Shown: positions 13,618 to 27,363, counted from the first letter of the stretch. The stretch: 64,000 nt of DNA from Magallana gigas (GCF_963853765.1 NC_088855.1:9548001-9612000), one strand, 5' to 3'. Numbers and translations: made by a program. The notes: generated by a model from the letters alone, not told the origin.

Positions 13618-16600
13618 ATGTTGATTTATTGTGGAATTTTGTTGATTTTAGTAATTTTATTTGCATTATCAAAACTTCTATCGGCAAAGAAAATAAAGCT
13701 AAAAGGAGCTCATGTATTGGTAAGTTTCATTATTCCGACACAGCAAACTTGTACTTGTGAATAGTTTTAACAGTTTTTAAACTGTTAAAAGAGAAAGCGT
13801 CCTGTATTAAACAAATTTTACAAATGTTAAACCAGAGATATATATAACATAGTATATACGTCCCTGGTTAAACCCACTGGAATCATTATTAATCACTCAA
13901 TTATTGAGGTCAACTCCATATCGGAAGAAGAAGGATTCAAAATACTTATAGATTTAGATTAGCATCGATAAAGTGGTTGATAATTTTTGAAAGATTTGAA
14001 GTGTTTATGAATGGTCATTACCTATATGTCTTTCTCTACAGTCTCTCCATTTCATTACAAATATCTTGCCTAGGGAGGTTTGTTGTATAAATTTGATAAA
14101 GTGTAACCATGATTGATCAGTTGATAAAATCATGGCATGTTTTTATTATTCTGTGTATCAGGAAATCGTGATATTCGCATGAGTTTATGTGTGGCCTTTC
14201 ATGATATGATGCTTATTAATTTTTTTTTCTTCAGATAACAGGTGGATCTAGTGGTATTGGTAAAGCCCTTGCTATTGAGGCGGTTAAAAATGGAGCTAAT
14301 GTCACTATCATGGCCAGGAATGAAGTAATTTGCTTTGAAGCATTATGTTTTTACATTCAATGGATATCCGTTCAATGGATATCCGTTAAATATTTGGTGA
14401 TCAAGGCAAAGTTATCATGGTTATGATAAAACAGCAATTTGATTACATGTATATAGGAGTGAGGATTGAAATCATTTGGCCAACATTAATTGGAATTGAT
14501 TTTACAGATATATCAAATTATGCATATAGTGAAGTAAATTCAAAGGTCCCCAGAACATCACTATAACCATGTTACTGTATCATGATATTTACAAAATATA
14601 TATTATATTTTACAGAAAAAACTAGAAGATGCAAAAGAAGAAATAGAAAGTCACATAAAAGATAAAGATGCTCAGGTGAGTCCAGTTACCTGTAAGTAGA
14701 CAACTTCAGAGACCCAATAATTATCGATAAAAGCCAAATTAATTGATAAACTTACTTACTTGCAAATACTTGGCTTAATTCACTGCATCCCATGGAGGAC
14801 ATATGACGACTCCATTGGCGTTCAATCTCCCTTTGTCTTGTGTGATTGTTTTTGCCTCCTCCCAGGTTTTGCAAACTTTCTTTAAGTCTGATGTTAACAC
14901 TCTATGCTAGCTTTTCTTTTCTGTTCCATATCTTTGCTGTCCTTGTTGGTTATACTCTAAAAGTTTGTCATGTTTCTCGTTCCTTAGGTCTTTGGTTTTC
15001 ATTTCATCCTCCTCCACAAGTCTATATTTCTAATGGTATCTGGCTATCTTATCCCAAGGATGCTTTTCAGGCAGTTGTTCACAAAGACCTGAACTAATGA
15101 TTATTTTCATTAGTTTATCACTGGTGCTCAAAGTAACTCACTATATCATTTTTATATCAGTTTTTAAGAAACTACTCAAGATTTCTAACTTCATACAAGA
15201 GTATGTACATGTATTGTTCAAAATTTTCTGATCTTTCTTCAAAGATGCAAAGTACTGAGAGCAAATCCACATTGACATACCTGGTACATGTATTTTACAA
15301 TGATCAAACCCTTTTTTTACCTTGACTTCACTATTTCCTATTTTTCTTGTGCAAAAAATGAAGGTCCACCCCTTAATATTGCAATTCATATGTACACATT
15401 AGATGGGGCATTCATGTCTAAGGGTCACAACACGTTTCTAATTGTATTAGTATCCAAGTGATTACAAAATGACATGCTTTTATGGTAGTTTAAATTCATC
15501 CATTAATAAGTAACATTTATTTTTTTCCTGTCTGTTTCTAATGCAAATACCATATATAAATGATACACTGTCTGTCAATTTCTTTTTATACTCTGTATGA
15601 TATGGATCCTTTCATCAGTGATAACTTTATGATGTCCTATTTTATATTGCATTGCAAAATTGTTGTTCTACAATCCTGGTCAGATTCAGGACTGTGCAAA
15701 ATGCACCAATATTGTCAACATTGCTCTTTAACACTGCCATCCTTGGTTTAACTTACAAATATGTTCAACTTTTCTAGAAGGTTTTTTCAACATCTGTGGA
15801 CATAACAAAAAGTGCAGAAATGGTTAAAGAAGCTGTTAAAAAGGTAAATTGGAGTGATACTATATAAACATTTAGGTAGTTTTTAATTGAACTATTCCAA
15901 AAAAAAAGTTGATTTGAATAAAGCTGACTAATCAATTTAGCATCATGATACCTTTGATAGATTATGTCCATTTATTATTCTTTATTTTTTTTCATTTTAC
16001 AGGCTGAAAATAATCTGGGACCAGTTACAATTCTAATTAACAATGCAGGCAGTGCAGTGGCTGGAAATTTTGAAGACACTTCATCTGAGCAATTTCAGGT
16101 CTTTATTAAAAAAAAAATCATTTATTTTATTGACATTCAGTCTAAATGCATCTTATAAGTTATTGCTTATTTAATCTTTTTAATTTCATGCATGTACACA
16201 CAATTACATTTATTTCAAAATTCAATAAATCAACAAACTATTAATATTAATATTAAATTTGTATATATCAAAGAATGATAAATATGATAACTTAAAGTCT
16301 ATTTTGATAGTATCCAAAATTTTACCTATTATCTAATCTGTATCTCAGCGCATGATGGATTTGAATTTTCTCGGAGGTGTCAATGTCACCAAGGCTGCCT
16401 TAAAAGGGATGAAGGACAACAATGCAGGAAGAATAGTTTTCATCTCATCACAGGCAGGACAAGTGGGCGTGTTTGGCTACACCGCCTACTCAGCCTCAAA
16501 ATTCGCTCTCAGGGGATTCGCAGAGTCCCTTCAAATGGAGGTACTTAATGAATTTGCTAGTGTAGTACAAGGAGCTAGACTCACCTTCTTACAGTGATAT

Positions 16601-17966
16601 TATATTTAAAAGAAAACTTACTCTCTTAGTTCACTATGAAAGATACTTCATTGTTAATTGGAAGATAAGACTTCCCTATGATTCTCTACTTCACTATACA
16701 TTGTTATTGCAGGTAAAACCATACAATATTTATGTTACCATGGCATTTCCACCTGACACAGACACTCCTGGTCTAGCAGAGGAGAATAAATCTAAGGTTA
16801 GTACTCTATTGTCTATTTAATTTTTTTCCACAGATACAGCGTGTAAATATGGGATTTGCTACCTTTCAAGGATTTAAATAAATTTTCACATGCAGATTGT
16901 ATAATTATTATTCTCCTTTCTTTCTTCTCTCTCTCTCTCTCAATATATATATTTAAACATAGATTTAAAGAGCACATGTATTTATTTTTAAAAATCCAGA
17001 CTTCCATAATTTTTTAATAATTAATTCTGTCTTAGCCCAGGGAAACACTGCTCATATCAGATACAGTAGGACTGTTTTCTCCCAGTGATGTGGCCAAGTC
17101 AGTATTCAAGGATGCTGTGGTGAGTGCATGTATACAATTGGAGTCCATCATTACTAATAAATAATATCTTAATAAAACAGTTATCCTGTACCAGTTAATT
17201 GTAAATAGCTGTTTAAAATAATCCATGTTGTACAGTGCATCTATTTCATGATGTACATGTATAAGACTGGCTGTTTTCAGGTTGTATATCTTCATATTAA
17301 CATGTACTGCCTAAATGCCATGGTTTGTTATTTGCTGTTAATGTATGAATTGATGATGAACATATCTTAATCACTGATTTGCAGAATGGGAAATTTTTGA
17401 GTTACGTTGGTATGGATGGCTGGTTGCTTTGCAACTTATCAAGCGGGATGTCCCCTGCAACGTCCATTTTGGATTTACTTCAGCAGGTATTTATCATTCC
17501 ATTTCATTTTCATGTATTAAAACTAAGACATTAATTTATGCATTAAACAGTAGGTTAGCAAGTAATTTTGCTTAACAAGCAAGCAAACCTTACAGGCAAT
17601 GGGGTATTTAGATACCAGGTTTTACCTTGATAGAAATCTGTTGTTTCCCAAGATAAAGATTACTGCTGAATTCTATTCCAGTCTTCCAATGACTGAAAAA
17701 TGAGTTCAAAGTCATCCTTGCAAAACTAAGTTGAAAACAAGTTCTCTATAGTTTTGTAGCTTGTCACACATATTGCACAGATATTGTCAGCTAATTTAAT
17801 TGACTTGCACTACTGTTCCTTTATATTAAAGAACATTTCTTTTTTTTTGTTTTAGATATTCACTATGGGACTGTTCCGCTTTGTTTGTCAGTTTTATTTG
17901 TTACATTTTGACCGGATTATAAAAAAGTGTAAAGAAGAGAAGGATGCAAAACCCAAGACATCATAA
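13618..17966 (+). CDS. KDSR: 3-ketodihydrosphingosine reductase (SDR family), 10 exons
   Basis: N-terminal TM segment, [16 protein letters not shown] (NADPH binding), [27 protein letters not shown] (YxxxK), FPPDTDTPG and a C-terminal hydrophobic region. Exons start near 13618, 14235, 14616, 15778, 16002, 16349, 16713, 17037, 17384 and 17856. Confidence 0.93.
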
Positions 17967-18332
17967 GATTTCATACGTATCTAATGGGTTTTTTTTAAAA
18001 CAATTTAAATATATTTATGAACAAATTATACATTTATCAGTTGTATTTGAAATACTGGTATATTAATTTGCTTTTACATTCAATGTATTCACACTTGCAA
18101 AAAATATTTTTCGTATTATTTGTATGAATAAATTTTATATCAAAATAAAATAATTATGGCATTTATGTACTGTGATGTTCAGGTAATATATTTTGAAAGG
18201 GCTCTTTGATTTTATTTTATACTTGCATATTAAGAAAAAACGAGCTATTTATGGTGTTTAATTCATAGGGAACATATAAAAGAGTAAGATATGAACTACA
18301 ATAATGTGAGATTACGGTACATTTATTAATTT

Positions 18333-20556
18333 TCATATTGCAACATATTTCTTTGGCTTGAATTTATGTGTAGATCTTAAAACTGGCTGACAACAGAAAT
18401 TGTTGCCATATAGTGTGATGTAATGTCCATCAATTTCAAACATGAAAACGCTGCCTTTCTTTGGGATGCCTGGAAGTAAAATAAAACATTTTTTAAAAAT
18501 CATGGGTCGTATGGTCACGTTGAATGTGAAATAAAGTTAAATATATATAAAAAAGGAAATAAGAAAATACCAGCTGTTACTTACACTTTACTTGATCCTG
18601 TTTGGTAATAAATTTAAATGTATTCTTGGTTTCCATGATAACAATCCCAGTAGCACCAATGTAAGATGGACAACAGGACTTGGAAACTGTTAGGAAACAT
18701 CCATGAAAGTCCGCTTTCAGGATGCTTTCACAGTTATACTGATCAAATGGCCTAAAAATAAACATACCAGTACATATATATTTATATACAGTGTATACAA
18801 AAACTTAACGAGGCCGAGTACAGAACGAGTACGCAAGCTTTCGCACAGCGTTTCATTTGTATTGTGACGTCATCTTTTTGCTTTGTTGACACCATGGCGT
18901 GATAGTTTCAACTGCAGATATTCAGAGAAATTTGTTGAAAATAGCTCGTTTGATGCGTAAAATTGATATTATATTGTGGAATAAACATAAATGTCTCGAA
19001 GTATAAGCTATATTTGAGCTCGGGTCGAAATCGTAAAGAGGGTTCAGCAAGCCTAGTCCTCTGTCACGTTTTCTTAACCTGCCTAAATATAGCTTAATTC
19101 ATATATTTCAAGACAGTAACCATGTATTTTATATAAATAACCCTTAATATGTGATGTTATATATTTACTTATTACCTAGATATGTCTGAATGTTTTAATA
19201 ATACAATAAAGATCACCATTTCCCCCTTTGTCAAATATAAAATAGCCATAATCTGACAAATCTGGGAAATTGGGCATACAAAAAACAACTTTGATAAGAC
19301 CCCTGGAACAAACCAGGAGGTAAAAGGTTTTTTTTATTTGACCATTTGATGCCTTTTAGCAATAACTTTAATATGTAGAACAGAAAAAGAAATCCCTAGG
19401 GCAGAGGTTTTTTAAAAATGTAAAAAATGTGCAAAATTGATACATTTCAAGCAAAATCCCATAGGGTCCTATGTTAAAAATTATCAAACTTTGAGATGAC
19501 CCCTTAAACAAACGGTGTGGTAAATGTCTTATTTTTCTATCTTAAAATAATAAATATATCAGTAGAAATTCATGTAAAAAATTTCATTCAAAAATCTAGG
19601 GCAGAACAAATTAGACCCGGCCTCGTTAAAGTTAATTCTTTAATAATAGAACAGTTTTTCCTGGGCAATTTTTTTACACTACCAAGTAGTCAGAAGAGCA
19701 GAGACAATGTCCTTGAATGTGGTTACCGGAATATAGAATGTATTTATAGAAACATTATTTGTCCCTGACCTGTTGGCTTTAAGTCTTAAGGTCACTTAAG
19801 GGGTTGTGGGGGTGGGGTAAGGCCATCATTTCATAAAGTTATAATGATCAACCCCCTAAGGAAGAGAATTTGATATTCCAGAAATTCATGGAAAATTTTC
19901 ATATTACTTGTGTAATAAATTAAAGCATTTTTCACTCTAGGAAATTCGGTGACATAAGTAAAATATAATATTCAATATCATAAATTGTTCTCTTACTTGC
20001 TCTTATCTGTCAACCCCAAAGTTTGTTTCATGTACTCTTTCCATAGATCATGCATAGGTAGATATGTTTCAAATCTGAAAAAAAATTAATAACTTGATCT
20101 TTCTCTCATTTCAAAGCAAACAAATATGATAGAGACTTTAATATGGTAAACTTCATTATACAAAGTCATTGCAAAAGATGTAAAAATTACTTATGTCCTT
20201 CCTTTGGAATGTCAAACAACTTCAGTTTTCTTCGCTCTCGAGATGTAAGACTCTTTCTTTTGGATTCCTTAAGTTTCCTTTTCTTTATAGGCTTGTTATC
20301 TAGGTTTTGTTTAAAGTATTCAAGATTTTCTATCTCCCCTTTACGTAACCTTTTTTCCGGAAGAGTTGCTTTTAAAAAGTTTGCAACAAAATCATCTTTT
20401 ACAGCCTGCAATAAAGACATTCAAAACTTTATAGTTGTTTATTGACGGATGGGGAGAGGCAATAAACATATTTTTCCAAACTCCACAATTTTCCTTTACC
20501 TTAAATCCAAAATTTCTTGCCTCATCAGTTATTTTTGGATCCAGTTGTGAGTACAT
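18333..20556 (-). CDS. POP4: Ribonuclease P/MRP protein subunit p29
   Basis: Exons encode MYSQLDPK.., DFVANFLKA..RERRKLKLFDIPKE, FETYLPMHDLWKEYM, LKADFHGCFLTVSKSCCPSYIGATGIVIMETKNTF and IPKKGSVFMFEIDG..LYGNNF..RSTHKFK, matching the Rpp29 fold. The start codon is slightly uncertain. Confidence 0.9.
18809..19625. mobile_element. Non-autonomous DNA transposon with TTAA target duplication, in a POP4 intron
   Basis: Ends TTAA|CGAGGCCGAGT and ACCCGGCCTCG|TTAA. Confidence 0.6.
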
Positions 20557-21414
20557 TTTCAATGAAACCTAAAACTAAGCAAAATTCAAATGTTTGATTC
20601 CAGCTGAGCTTTGTTTGACCTAAAATTTGGATTGTTGAAAACAATACAAAAAATGCTGCATACAGGGATATTCTAACCCAATTCACAAATACTTGTATTA
20701 GGCTCTGAGGGTTCGAGACATATTCTAATTCTACCCATTTTTAAGAATCCAAATCAAATTTCCAGAAGAAGGTGTAGGGAAAACCCAAGAACCGTTTTTT
20801 AGATCTGTGCATGGTCAGTAATCCTGTTAACAGCTGGTTGATTCAGGACCTCTGACCTACGATGGATGGAATGTATTCTTATGTTTTGACACCCATCCCC
20901 ATTGGATGAATGACCTGGGAGCTACGATGCCTCCCATAATAAAAAAAAAGTGCAATTTACAGCACATAAAAATTGTGCTGCTTTGGAATGATTAATCTTA
21001 TTTCTGAACACATTCTTACAAATGTTTGAATCAAAAAAAATTCTCGGACATTTTACTACATACATATCATCATTTCACTTGCCTCTGATATTTTTTTAAA
21101 CACCATCAGCAGCACCGTTAAATGAAGTGGTGCAGTTTGTTTACATGTAAAAATGAAGACTATCTTTTTCGACGTGAATAAATATACTTCATTTTCCGAA
21201 GTCGGTTAGGCCTTAGCATGTTATCTGAGGCAAGTAAAGTGACGATATCACTATTACTAGTATCATTGGTAAATTGCCTGAAAAAATTATTAATGGTACT
21301 GAATGTTTTCACAGAATTCGTGTGAAAATAACTTAAAGTTAGTCCAAAATATGTGCGCCGTAAATTGCAGTGTTTTGTTTTTTTAACAATGGGTACCGTG
21401 GCACTCTACATGTA

Positions 21415-22075
21415 CAGGTCCAGTACAATCTCTTGATTTAGCTATATAACTTGAAAAAGCTATATAGCTTTATAAAGCTATTAAAAATAGCTTGATGAAG
21501 TTATATATGTACAGTTTTTGAAGCAAATATTTCTTGTAAAAAATGAACAAAAAATAGCAATTAACTTGCTTCTCATATTTGCACAACTGACCATTGTAAA
21601 CTTGACCACAATTAAAGATAGTTTTAACACTGCAGCTTTTAAATACTTATAAGCAAAAAATATATTTCCATTGTTTGGGTAACTGTTTACCACTTTGTGT
21701 GCAATGAGGCGTGGATAAGTATGATTTCTTCTCATTGTGATAAATTATTACCAATCAATTATCTTGTTTACCATAACTGACCTCCTTTATATTTCAACTG
21801 TGTGGTCATGAATCAGTTGCCCCAAAACTTTTAGTGCAAAGTCTCTTAAGGAGACGCAAATTGATGAGTATTCTTTACATGCATTGTTCACAGAACAGTT
21901 CAAAGTTAAAAACTCTCACTTGACTAAAGTGCGATTTTTTATACATACTGATAAAATTACAAATTTAAGAAAAATGTATGACAAAATAGCTAAATGAAGC
22001 TACTCTGAATAGCTTAATAAAGCTATTTAGCTTATTAAAGCTGTATAGCTAAATCTGGAGATTGTACTGGACCTG
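21415..22075. mobile_element. About 660-bp MITE (CAGG termini), left copy of a foldback
   Basis: TIR CAGGTCCAGTACAATCTC / GAGATTGTACTGGACCTG, with subterminal TAGCT-rich repeats. Confidence 0.8.
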
Positions 22076-22556
22076 ATCAGCTGCTGATGTACATGTAGCT
22101 CACAGGTCGTCCATCCGATTTTTTCAGACCGGGAGCTACAGACCTACATGCAGCTACAGTTAATGATTGTCCATACAAACCTCCGATCCTTAACCAAATG
22201 TTAATGTTGTCGTTAGATTTATTTCCAGACAGAAAGCTAGAAACTATTTACTGCGAAAACAGCGACAAAACTACATACCTCTTGTAACTCTTCTGTTCAA
22301 GAAGTCAGAAATATTGTGCAATTGGTAAAGTGAGGAGCAGCATTGCAGGAATTAGATGTATATAACTATAATTCCTAGGTTTCATTGCTAAAAATGATTT
22401 TTCGAGGATTATCAACTTTACTTGGACACGGTATTATAAAAACACATAATTTTATTATAAATATGTAATGTTTGAATAACCAAAATTAAACTTTTATTCA
22501 ACTTCTCTAATGTACGGAAGCCTAAAAGTGTTAAAATTGTATATAGTGAATATATT

Positions 22557-23211
22557 CAGTACAATCTCCAGATTTAGCTATACAGCTTTAATAAGCTAAA
22601 TAGCTTTATTAAGCTATTCAGAGTAGCTTCATTTAGCTATTTTGTCATACATTTTTCTTAAATTTGTAATTTTATCAGTATGTATAAAAAATCGCACTTT
22701 AGTCAAGTGAGAGTTTTTAACTTTGAACTGTTCTGTGAACAATGCATGTAAAGAATACTCATCAATTTGCGTCTCCTTAAGAGACTTTGCACTAAAAGTT
22801 TTGGGGCAACTGATTCATGACCACACAGTTGAAATATAAAGGAGGTCAGTTATGGTAAACAAGATAATTGATTGGTAATAATTTATCACAATGAGAAGAA
22901 ATCATACTTATCCACGCCTCATTGCACACAAAGTGGTAAACAGTTACCCAAACAATGGAAATATATTTTTTGCTTATAAGTATTTAAAAGCTGCAGTGTT
23001 AAAACTATCTTTAATTGTGGTCAAGTTTACAATGGTCAGTTGTGCAAATATGAGAAGCAAGTTAATTGCTATTTTTTGTTCATTTTTTACAAGAAATATT
23101 TGCTTCAAAAACTGTACATATATAACTTCATCAAGCTATTTTTAATAGCTTTATAAAGCTATATAGCTTTTTCAAGTTATATAGCTAAATCAAGAGATTG
23201 TACTGGACCTG
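22557..23211. mobile_element. Inverted second copy of the same MITE (inner terminus about 6 bp short)
   Basis: Reverse complement of 21415-22069, identical in every segment I compared. The ORF track shows the same 84-aa ORF on opposite strands. Confidence 0.85.
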
Positions 23212-23434
23212 TGCAACACGTTTTAAATATTTAAGAGGCTAGTTGGACAACAAATTGTCTATTTTAGGTTTAAAATATGAACATTTTCCTATATACACTT
23301 TATTACGGAGCTCGTCTTCTTTTGGAGATCAATGTAGTTTGTAAATGGCAACCATCCAGCCATCTAAGATGATTTATTGTTGTATCATTTGCGTGCGATT
23401 TTGCATACTTATAATATTATTCATTTTAATTCAG

Positions 23435-23963
23435 GACGGAATTTAATAAATTTTCCAAATGCAAGATTTTCAACCTCCCTGTTTTATAACACTCCATTTG
23501 ACGAAACTATCCTTGAAGTGCTTGTATGTCCAGTCTCCAAAAAACCTTTGAGGTTAGTAAAATATATCAGCCAGTTCAGTTATTCCACAGCTATTCACCT
23601 TAATTAATTTGTGAGCTTTGTGTTGTACAACGTGATGTATTTATATGTATTTGTTGGAAGTTCTGTGGAAAATAATTCCTCCTTTGTTTGAATTTCAAAA
23701 TTCGATTTTATAAACGCACACGTTTTTAATTTGATTTATACACATTGCATGTTGAAATCAAGCTTAATAAAACAGATAGTATTAATTTCATAATCATTTT
23801 TAATAGGTATGATAAGGAGAAAAATGAACTAGTCTGTGAAGAGAGTGGAATAGCGTACCCCATTGTGGATGGAATACCCAACCTCGTTCCTCAAGATGCC
23901 AGAATTATTAACAAGGACACAGTAGATAGAAATGAAAGTCCACCCAAAACACAAAATAAATGA
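23435..23963 (+). CDS. PYURF: Protein preY, mitochondrial (Trm112-like domain); 5' end unresolved
   Basis: Exons 23435-23552 and 23807-23963 encode FDETILEVLVCPVSKKPLR-YDKEKNELVCEESGIAYPIVDGIPNLVPQDAR, the Trm112/PREY signature. The start codon is possibly in a micro-exon at 21389-21392. Confidence 0.85.
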
Positions 23964-24097
23964 ACCATTTTTTCAATATGTCTTAACTTGTTTTTTTTTT
24001 TAACTTTTCGTTTAAAATTTATAGAGAACCCATTCCCCCAGGTGCAGAATTTTATCTCTACGAGAAGAATTTTCCGTAGAGCTACTGATCTACAGCT

Positions 24098-24100
<3 letters not shown>

Positions 24101-24146
<46 letters not shown>
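24101..24146. repeat. (CT)n microsatellite
   Basis: Direct inspection. Confidence 0.95.
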
Positions 24147-24149
<3 letters not shown>

Positions 24150-24571
24150 TCTTTTCATCAACATGTTCCAACCAAAAATGAAGTTTTTGGTTATGATAAA
24201 ACTATAGTTGTTTCCATTTTTACAATGTCAAGGTTTTGTGATTACGAAACTTTGTGTGGAGTACCGTAATCCAAAAATTTTGACGTTATGAGGGTGTTTT
24301 GTTCAAGGATTTCATCAAAATTGAAACGTAAGAAAAAAAACCGAACATTGGTCGACTGTAAATATTACAGGAAGTTGTGCTTGCTGAAATACAATAGACT
24401 GTCGGAAAGGAAACATAACATTATGTCCCAATCTGATTTAAATACAGATTTCTACATAAGCGCTTATGTAGGTAGAGATCTGTATTTTAATCAGATTGCA
24501 TTATGTCCATTACTGTCGCGATACTACTTCGGATTTTTTTTTCCACAAACTACATCGCATCTTCAAACTGT

Positions 24572-25021
24572 GGGCGCCTGTAAAGTGCGAAACGAAATCG
24601 AAACGAAACGAAACGAAATCAAACGAAACGAAACGAAACGAAAGCAATCGAAACGAAATCAATCGAAACGAAACGAAATCAAACGAATTTTTAAGCCGAT
24701 TATCCGAAATTTCACTTATTAACATAATTATATAATTTTTGCAAATTTCGGATAATCGGCTTAAAAATTTACAGCGCCAATCTGAAACATACAGGTACTT
24801 ATATTTTATGGTTCAAAAATTTATTTCAATGAATTTATTTTTACTTTTATGTAGTCAAAATTGATATTAGTTTTGTTTAAATTCCGTTTCGTTTCGTTTC
24901 GATTTTTGATTTCGTTTCGTTTGATTTCGTTTCGTTTCGATTGATTTCGTTTCGTTTCGATTTGTTTTGTTTCGTTTCGTTTGATTTCGTTTCGATTTCG
25001 TTTCGCACTTTACAGGCGCCC
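24572..25021. mobile_element. Non-autonomous foldback Mutator-like element with (AAACG)n arrays in its TIRs
   Basis: TIR GGGCGCCTGTAAAGTGCGAAACGAAATCGAAACG. A 9-bp TSD TCAAACTGT lies at 24563-24571 and 25022-25030. Confidence 0.85.
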
Positions 25022-25507
25022 TCAAACTGTCAGGTTTTACAAAATTTGTGCAAGTAAGGTATTTGCAAGACATTGTGAATATTCTTGTACAGGTGCTCAA
25101 ATGACTCTTATTTATACCCACTGAACACGGCGATACCTTTTAAGACACCACCCTGCATCGTTGTGTTAATGTACAAAGTAAAACCATATAGTATATATCA
25201 ATAGTTTTTCATTTTATTTTGTCAGTATCAATAAAATACTGAAAAATGTCCTGAACAATATCATGGAACTGGCAATAATAGGACACGATGTAGATACATG
25301 AAATATCATTGCATAAAATTAATATCTTTCATTGTTACTGCGTTGTAAAGCTAAAAAATATCACTTATATAACAATGATTTGTTCCCTTAAGTATAAAAC
25401 ACAATACTAGTATATGCTTGATTTTTAAATAAAAATACGAGACAGGTAAAATGCACTGTCAATTTCTAAGTAAGTCACGGTTTTGTTGGGACTAAGCTGG
25501 TCCTCCG

Positions 25508-27363
25508 TCAATCCCGAGTTCCGGTTCCGTAGTTAGCCCCGCCCGCCTTTACTATCGCCTCTCTGATGAAATCTTCATTCAATTCGGATTTCTCGTTAAT
25601 CATTAGTTCTACAGCATAACTCTGAAATATTGAAAAAATATATTAACTTTTTTGCGTTTGTCTCTGTTAAAATTATGCGACTTTGAACTTTCAGAAACAA
25701 TTTAACGCTTTGCATAAGTATATATAAGTCCGAGAAGTTGTGCCGGGTGAAATTATTTTTGTAAATATTGCCGGGTGAATATTTAAAATATTTAAACGAT
25801 GAGACTACACACACGAATGACTTCTTTGACTGAGGATTTGTCGGTGCCCATTCTTGCCCGTTTGATTCCAGACACATTTTTACCGAGCCATACAATTAAG
25901 GCGAATTTAGTTCGTTTGCTGAGCTCGTCGCCGGCGATCACTCGGAGGAACCCGTATACTCGATCATCATCTACAAAAATCAACAATGGTTTCATGATTC
26001 AGAAAACAGTGGAGAACATCCTATCGCATCTCGAACATGATCTTTGTAGATTGACCCAACAGTACCTAGACTACCTAGCTTCTCCTCTTCTCTGCACAGT
26101 CTCATTTTGTGCAAAGTGATCGAAGCATCACCATCAGACTAACACTTGAAAATATATCGTAAACATGTAAAAATAATATTTCAATACCATATGCATACAC
26201 ACAAATTTGGAATTTTGACACGTGAAGTGGCTATTTGAAGTACTCTCTTTTATACTTTTGTTTGGTAACATTGAAGTGCAGTTAGAGTAGATATTTATAT
26301 ATTTTTTTAAACACACAAAAGTTGTCCAAAAGAAAAATATGAGAATGGATACGCAAATATGTTTAGAAATATATAATTTTAGTAAATTGTTTCTCATTCA
26401 AAGGCTCTGAATTTTCTTTTGCTAGATTAATTACGCTTTTTACGCACAGGTGCTTGTTGACTGGACCCCCCCCCCCTCCCCCGACCGAATTTTACAGAAA
26501 AACCCAGGGAATTAACTCCCATATATTAATGAAATAATCTTTAAAAACTGTTACAAAATATATCCAAGTGAATAAATCAGTAAAAACAAACTACCACAAA
26601 CACTTTTATAAAACACCCACTTAAATTCCTCCTCTGCACGTTTTTCTGTGCGGGGGGGGGGGGGGGGGGTGCTATGCTCGGTTTTAAACAAATAAAACTC
26701 GATTTTCTAAAATGAATGAACAAATAGATAAAACAGCAAGGATACCAAAATAATAATGTTTTTAATGTAGCGGGATCTGAACCAGTGACCATTTCATGCA
26801 GTTTAAAACTTCTATGCGATTTCACTTGCCAACTTCGAATAATTTACATACATGTCATTCAACACATAGATCTTCCGCACCACATGTATCAGATGTTCAT
26901 AAAAAGCGTTTTGAGTCAGATATTAATCGTTATCACTGTCGAATAAGTTCTGTCATATAAAAGCATGAATAAGATCTACAGCTTTATACCTACCGGTGAA
27001 ATTCGACGCGAAGTCTTCAAAACTAGACCCAGTAGAACCCAGGACAATGTGTGATCCATCATATTTCAAAACAGCCCTGTTAAAAATCGAATACGTTTTT
27101 ACAAGAGATAAATATTCAAACAAAGAATTGAAAAGAATGTCCACACCTCAGAGACTAATCACTTAGTCATAGCTAGGTTTATCGCGAGTTTTCATTTTTT
27201 TATTTAATCCACGAGACAGGTAAATCGTTATTTACTGGGTGGAAAGGTAAAAATGTAATGAAAGCCGCGGTACATTAATTATAACTTACCAATTAGTGTC
27301 GTTACTATCATTACGAACTTCTTCGTAAGCATCGCGGATTGTCTGTTTGTCTATGTTAGCCAT
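25508..27363 (-). CDS. COTL1: Coactosin-like protein (ADF-H domain), 4 exons
   Basis: MANIDKQTIRDAYEEVRND..NW / AVLKYDGSHIV..FT / DDDRVYGFLRVIAGDELSKRTKFALIVWLGKNVSGIKRARMGTDKSSVKEVIR / SYAVELMI..KAGGANYGTGTRD*. Confidence 0.95.

Noticed and set aside
21481-23145. Identical 84-aa ORFs on opposite strands
   Set aside because: They lie inside the duplicated MITE and show no transposase or other recognisable motif.
23964-24570. PIGY ORF downstream of PYURF, as in the mammalian bicistronic transcript
   Set aside because: No convincing two-TM 70-aa ORF was found; the region is a microsatellite and AT-rich sequence.
24288-25121. ORFs with (RNETK)n or (FRFVS)n repeats
   Set aside because: Translations of the (AAACG)n arrays in the Mutator-like TIRs.
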